DNA of 64,000 nucleotides from Octopus vulgaris (Eukaryota): contig OX597833.1 in assembly GCA_951406725.2 (NCBI GenBank), positions 50,530,001 through 50,594,000 of the forward strand. Direction: 5' to 3'. The number at the start of each line of letters is the position of its first letter. Position 1 is the stretch's first letter. Of the stretch, positions 58,192 to 64,000 are shown piece by piece. The notes under the pieces are model-generated. The model made no database searches. It had not been told where the DNA came from and saw only the letters and a program-made list of their open reading frames with translations. A program made the translations under genes and the position numbers.

Positions 58192-58393
58192 AGTTGTTTC
58201 AGTCATTTGATTGCAGCCATGCTGGAGCACCGACTTTAGTTGAAAAAATCGACCACAGGATTCATTCTTTGTAAGCCTAGTAGTTATTCTATCGGTCTCT
58301 TTTGCCGAAAAGCTAAGTTACTGGGACGTAAACACACAGCATAGGTTGTCAAGCGATGTTTTCTTTTTTGGGGGGGGGGACACAGAGACACAA

Positions 58394-58426
<33 letters not shown>

Positions 58427-58573
58427 AACATACATATATACGACGGGCTTCTTTCAGTTTCCGTCTACCAAATCCACAAACAAAGCTTTGGTCAGTCCGA
58501 GGCTATAGTAGAATATACTTGCTCAAGGTACCAACCATGTGGTTGGTAAGCAAGCCACTTACCACATCCTGCG
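58192..58573 (-). mobile_element. SINE family A
   Basis: Reverse match to 7250-7660. Confidence 0.85.
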
Positions 58574-58708
58574 CTTATTTCATATTTTATTAAAAATTTC
58601 TTTATAAGAAACTGAACCCTAATTTACTGCAACAATTAAGGGAGTCGCTTGGTGAAAAAGCCGATATTCAATCAACAGCTAATGAAATGCACACACACTC
58701 ACACACAC

Positions 58709-58760
<52 letters not shown>

Positions 58761-59394
58761 CTTTTTTAAATTCATGTATCTGCGTATGTTTGGCAATGAA
58801 AATATTTGAGATGACGATGGAGCAGACGAAGACGCCGACAAACAACGAAGATGCACGGATAGAGCAGAATGCAGACGATAACCAAAGCGACGCTAATAAT
58901 GATGACAACGGCGAAAATTTTTTGGTATAAAGTTCCTAATTGGGATGATGATGATGCAATAATAATGATAATTATCTTTGATTGTTATTAATTTTGGTTC
59001 TTATAGCGGTTATGTTGACAGTAATGAGAATTATCATCTCTATAAAGGACGCCATCATCATAATTATTAGCATGAAACTCCTCCATTTTTTTTCCTTCTT
59101 CTTTCTTCACATCGCCATCATTATCATTATATTCATCGTAAATTCCACATTTTCTCATTATCCTTCCTTATCACACACAACTATATCACCAGCATCCACT
59201 TGAAAAACAGCAGGAACCGCATCACAATCATCACCAAATCAACAACTTTTATTGCCATCATAATATTCGTCGACATCATTAACATTGCCGCCAAACCCCA
59301 CCCCCACCCCCACTCCCACCCCCACCCGCTAATGCCGTCGCAGCCGCCACAACCACCCCTACGCCACCACCTCAGCTCGATGCGGCTGCCGTTT

Positions 59395-59775
59395 TCATCA
59401 TTATCATCAACTTATCGTCATCTACATCATCATCAACATCATCCTCACCACGACAATCACCAACACAACCACAACCACCACCACCACCACAACCATCAAC
59501 ATCGTCGTCGTCATCATCACCATTACCAGTGTTATCGCCATCACCATCACCATCACCACCACCACCACCACTACCCTCATCGTCATTATCATCATCGTCG
59601 TCATCGTTACCATCATCATCATTGCCATCACTGCCATCACTACCACTACCATCCTCATCGTCATCATTATCATCATCATCATGGTCATTGTCGTCGTCGT
59701 CATCAACACCATATCCTCATCACAATCATCATCATCATCCTAATCTTCCCCCTCCTCCTCCTCCTCCTCCATCAC

Positions 59776-59829
<54 letters not shown>

Positions 59830-59985
59830 GGTCATCAACATCATCATGGTCATCGTCGTCGTCATCATCACCATATCTTCATCACAATCCTCATCATCAT
59901 AATCCTCATCACCATAATCCTCATTATCATGATCCTCCTCCTCCTCCTCATCATCATCATCATCATCATTAACACCATCATCATC
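59395..59985. repeat. Compound (CAT)/(CAC)/(CCT) tract
   Basis: Direct reading. Confidence 0.9.
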
Positions 59986-60959
59986 GTGCGGCAGCGCAGG
60001 AATCTGGAAGTTGTCAGAAATGTAAACACTGAAGTAAAAATAAACATTACATTTCACCAGAATCTTCTATTTGGGGAGAGAGCTAAGTGACACACAGACA
60101 CACACACAGATGCATGTATCTGTATATATATTACATATACATGATGTTACGTATATATGTTATGTACCGTTATATACTTAACGTATGTATGCAATCACAT
60201 ACTTATAAATGGTCTTACGTTTACGTGCATGTGTCTTTGCGGTTTTGTGTAACCGTGAACATGTATGAATTAAAAGAGCTGGCATCAAGCTTTGAATATA
60301 CAAAACAGGAATTAGCACACTTAATGAATAATAAAAGCTCAATCGGTTTATTCATTTAATAGCCTGGTTATAGCGAACTGAGCTGAAGATTCTAAAGAAA
60401 AACAAAAAAAAAACCACACACACACAGAAATCTAAATACATATATACATACACCCATACAGACGAAAATGCACATATGGTTTTAAACGTACGATACACAC
60501 ACACATTTCGAAGATATCTTCGATGGTAGATATATGAAGCGTCTGTCTGTCTATCTATCTACCTATATATTTAATTCATGTGTATATTTAGGGATAACCA
60601 CTAGGTGGATAAGCAATATGCTAGAAGAAGATTACTTACGATCTAACTACAAAGAAAAGAATGTTCTCTAGAGAAATTCAGCAAGACAGATGAAAAATAT
60701 ATAAAAATCAAGAATTAATCGTATACCGGTTTCATCTATTACCTATATATTTATCTATCTATCAATCTATTTGTCTACCTGTCTGTCTGTCAGTCTGTGT
60801 AGATAGAATGATAGAGAGAGATAGAAGGATAAACAGATAAATATACATATATATATTAACACACACACACATATACACACGCATACACACACACGCAAAC
60901 ATTATATACATAGGTGTGTGCGTGTGTGTACGTGTGTGTGTGAATAATGTAGAGAAATT

Positions 60960-63000
60960 TTTTTTTTAATTCAAGCAAGTGGACGAATAGAAGAAAGGAA
61001 GTTGAAAAGGCACATATGTATTAGAATTTCATTATATTTCAAAATATAGGAAAACACCTTACCGGTTTCCTATTCGATTTTCAAAAGTGTGCAAGTGTTG
61101 GAGTCGTTTCGCGAATTATTTCTATTGTTCAAAATATAGCTTGTTATATAGTAGGAATGTGGCTAAAATGCTATCCATTAATGTACAAACTAATTGTTCA
61201 AGGTTCATGTATTAAGTATATACAGCAATCATGCGAGAAGGTAACATAAAAGATTTTCTGCATTGAATATGTCATATGACAGTTGGAAAAAAAGTGATAT
61301 GAATAAGTGATATAAAATATGTTTCCATAAACATGTTAAAGAGAATTATCTTTCATTATTCTGTCGAACAATAGTGTTATCAGTTAGAGCTATTTCCTTC
61401 CTATTGAACATCTTAAAACATATTTTTCTTGCTTAACAAGGTATTGCATAAGGAATGTTATAATGAATTGTGGAGTAAATAAGATAGATGATAACTGTCC
61501 CCAAGTCGACATTCTAAAATACTTAATTCATAGGAAAAGGAGAATCAGGTAATTCTCATGCTTTTCATCCCTGTTCAGTAGTGCGTTGTATTATTTGAAT
61601 AAGCAAACTTCCTTATTAATTCTTGTTTTGCCTAGGGTATAACTTGCATGTTGATTGAGTAAGAAGCCAAGAAATTTGGGAAATTTAGTTTTCGAACATG
61701 TGTCCAGATGCTCACTAATAATTTTTCTAGTTTTGTGATCACGTATTTGTTGACGATGAATGTTTGATCTCATTCTTAAAGTGATCTTTGTTTGCCCAAT
61801 GTATTTTTCCAGAATTTGATGATATATATTAGATTTTTTGAAGAAAACGTAAAATAGTTTTTCAAGGTAAACATTCCTCCTGATTTGAATCCATAAGTTG
61901 TGTTCTCAACAAAGCTCTCACAAATTCCAAAGCTGGATCGGCTACACTTTGTAACTGTTAGAGTTGAATCCATAGTTGGTAATTCCGTGTTAGTAAGTAG
62001 ATTTTAAGAGCTTTGGTTGCTAATTATTTTGTATGATGACTGACACTCTTTCCTTCTTGGGTCTTGGCTCAATAATGGTATCTTCTGATGGATAATGCTG
62101 AATGTTTCTGTTTCTTGGAGTTAGTGTTGTAATTAAAAATAGATAGATTTGGGTGTATCTGAAATGTTTTGGGCTTTTCATAATTATTCAATGTCTTTTG
62201 CTTCGGCCCCTTCTGCTCCGTTCTCTATTAGAGTAGATGAATACTTTCTTTCAAGTAATGCTTGTTTTAATTCAAGAAGTCTTTTCTTCTGAACACTCGG
62301 ATTGGAGACAGTTGTTCGGATTCTTCAAGCTATGTTAAACGGAATATTGGATTCCGTATGTTTTGGGAAGTATGAAAAAATACTAGGTACAGTCTAGAAT
62401 CCATTGGTTTGTAGTAGATGTCGATTTCTAAGTTCGTTTCATTTTTAATAATCAAAACGTCTAAGAATTACAGCTGGTTAAAACTAAATTTCATAATGTT
62501 CTGTTGGAATCTGAAGTCACTGAGTTCATCTAAGTTGTATGCCCACAAAATATGATAGTCATCTATGTATGGTTTCCAAATTTTCCCCAGATAATTTTGA
62601 AAGTTGATACCGTATTTTGTTTTGGCTTGTTCATACATCTAGACTTCTAGATATGTCACGTATCCTTAAATCCTTAAAAATCTTTTAACGCGGAGGCCGC
62701 GGCCATGCTGAGGCACCACCGCTGTATATTGAGAACCATTTTATACCTTTTGAAATTCCAGATATTTGTTTGTAGTTTTCCCTCTAAAATGAAGAAGTTG
62801 TTTTGAAGAATGAATGTTAATCCCTCAGTGATGTATTGTTGATCAATTCGGTCGGAATTTTATCAAGGAATTTTCTTAGTCAAAAAGCTATTGCCTCTAG
62901 TCTGTATCATGGTGGTCTCGTAGTATAAAGATTTGCTACATCGAATATAGCGATTATGGTATCCCCGTTAACTTTTTCCGTACTTGTCTAAACGTATATC
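60960..63000 (-). mobile_element. Degenerate Penelope-like element (RT plus GIY-YIG-type region plus 3' UTR)
   Basis: Reverse frames: IFDVANLYT, ILQNNFF, WKPYIDDY, FLDVLI..IDIYYKP, NIPFNIA*RIR, KCSRS..GIC, HRQQIRD..ISEHLDTC; many stops. Confidence 0.8.
61054..61090 (-). ncRNA. Minimal hammerhead-like motif in the Penelope 3' region (U3-A8 variant)
   Basis: acactt|UUGAAAA|tcgaatag|GAA|accggt|A|aggtgt; stem II poor. Confidence 0.4.
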
Positions 63001-63003
63001 AAT

Positions 63004-63287
63004 GTGGAGGCTTAATGGCCCAGTGGTTAGGGCAGCGGACTCGCGGTCGGAGGATCGCGGTTTCAATTCCCAGACCGGGCGTTGTGTGCGTTTATTGAGC
63101 GAAAACACCTAAAGTTGCAGGAGGCTCCAGCAGGGGGTGGGGGTGGAAACCGCTGTTGTACTCTTTCGCCAGAACTTTCTCTCAGTCTCTTCCTGATGGC
63201 GTCCCATCCAACTCAGGGGAACACATACGCCACAGAAACTGGGGAAACCGGGCCCATTAGCCTGGCTAGGCTTGAAAAGGGCGCATG
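63004..63287 (+). mobile_element. SINE family C, tail type 2
   Basis: gtggaggc..ggcccagtggttagggcagcggactcgcgg..ggcttgaaaagggcgcat. Confidence 0.88.
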
Positions 63288-63625
63288 AATAAATAAATAA
63301 ATAAACATATATGAATACATATGTACAACCATAGACACATCCATAATCATACACACTTACGTTTTATAGCGCTTTCTGACAAAAGACTACGTGTATATTA
63401 CTGGGAGACATACAATGCAAAATGGAATCTGCAATAACGTTCAGACAGAAAATAATACTTTTTCACAGATTTCAAGATATGAAATTGTATATCTGTATAT
63501 CTGTTATATGAAACATTGATTAATGGATAGATAATGTTACTCTGTAAATAATATAATTTAATACATGTTTTATATGTAATGAGTATCGTCGGCGATAATG
63601 ACTAGAATCTAATATATGTGTGTTT

Positions 63626-63662
<37 letters not shown>

Positions 63663-63700
63663 CACGCAATCAGGCACTCACACACAAACACACACATACA

Positions 63701-63739
<39 letters not shown>

Positions 63740-64000
63740 TATCTATAGATATAGATATAGATATACATATATACATACACACACACACACACATACACAC
63801 ACATATATATATATATATATGTATATACCCAAATATTAGTATATGCTTAATGCAACAGACACACACTCATGTACGTATGTATGTACGTATGTATATATAT
63901 ATATATATATATCATTTAGACATCTGCGTTTGTATATCATTCCGTATATAGATATCTACTTTTCATGTGTATATGTGTGTGTTGTGCGTGTATGTGTAAG

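Noticed and set aside
58649-58930. ORF with an acidic, Asn-rich tail
   Set aside because: Starts in (TG)n and continues in low-complexity GAC/GAT sequence.
59200-60090. 296-aa His-rich ORF
   Set aside because: Compound CAT/CAC microsatellite; no coding signature.

Overview
AT-rich, repeat-dense animal genomic DNA. The repeat content (tRNA-derived SINEs, very abundant (TA)n/(CA)n/(TCTA)n/(TAA)n/(CAT)n microsatellites, R4/Dong LINEs in TAA arrays) suggests an octopus or other coleoid genome; this is inference. No host protein-coding gene is supported, and most ORFs in the track are microsatellite or SINE read-through. Supported content: (1) a nearly intact 5'-truncated R4/Dong RLE-LINE at 2503-5312 and two other Dong remnants; (2) a decayed Penelope-like element at about 60960-63000; (3) a Tx1/L1-like 3' fragment; (4) Tc1/mariner, hAT, piggyBac and Helitron remnants; (5) a degenerate tRNA-Glu(CTC); (6) about 40 copies of three SINE families, labelled A, B and C here. 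The most interesting signals are several minimal hammerhead-ribozyme-like motifs with non-canonical cores (CCGACGA, UUGAAAA), including a back-to-back inverted pair; 184-bp SINE multimers with an invariant palindromic junction; one SINE head/core carrying five different tails; and a GGATC-TIR element containing TTAGGG repeats that is flanked exactly by a 150-bp direct duplication. Coordinates were read by eye and repeat ends are approximate.
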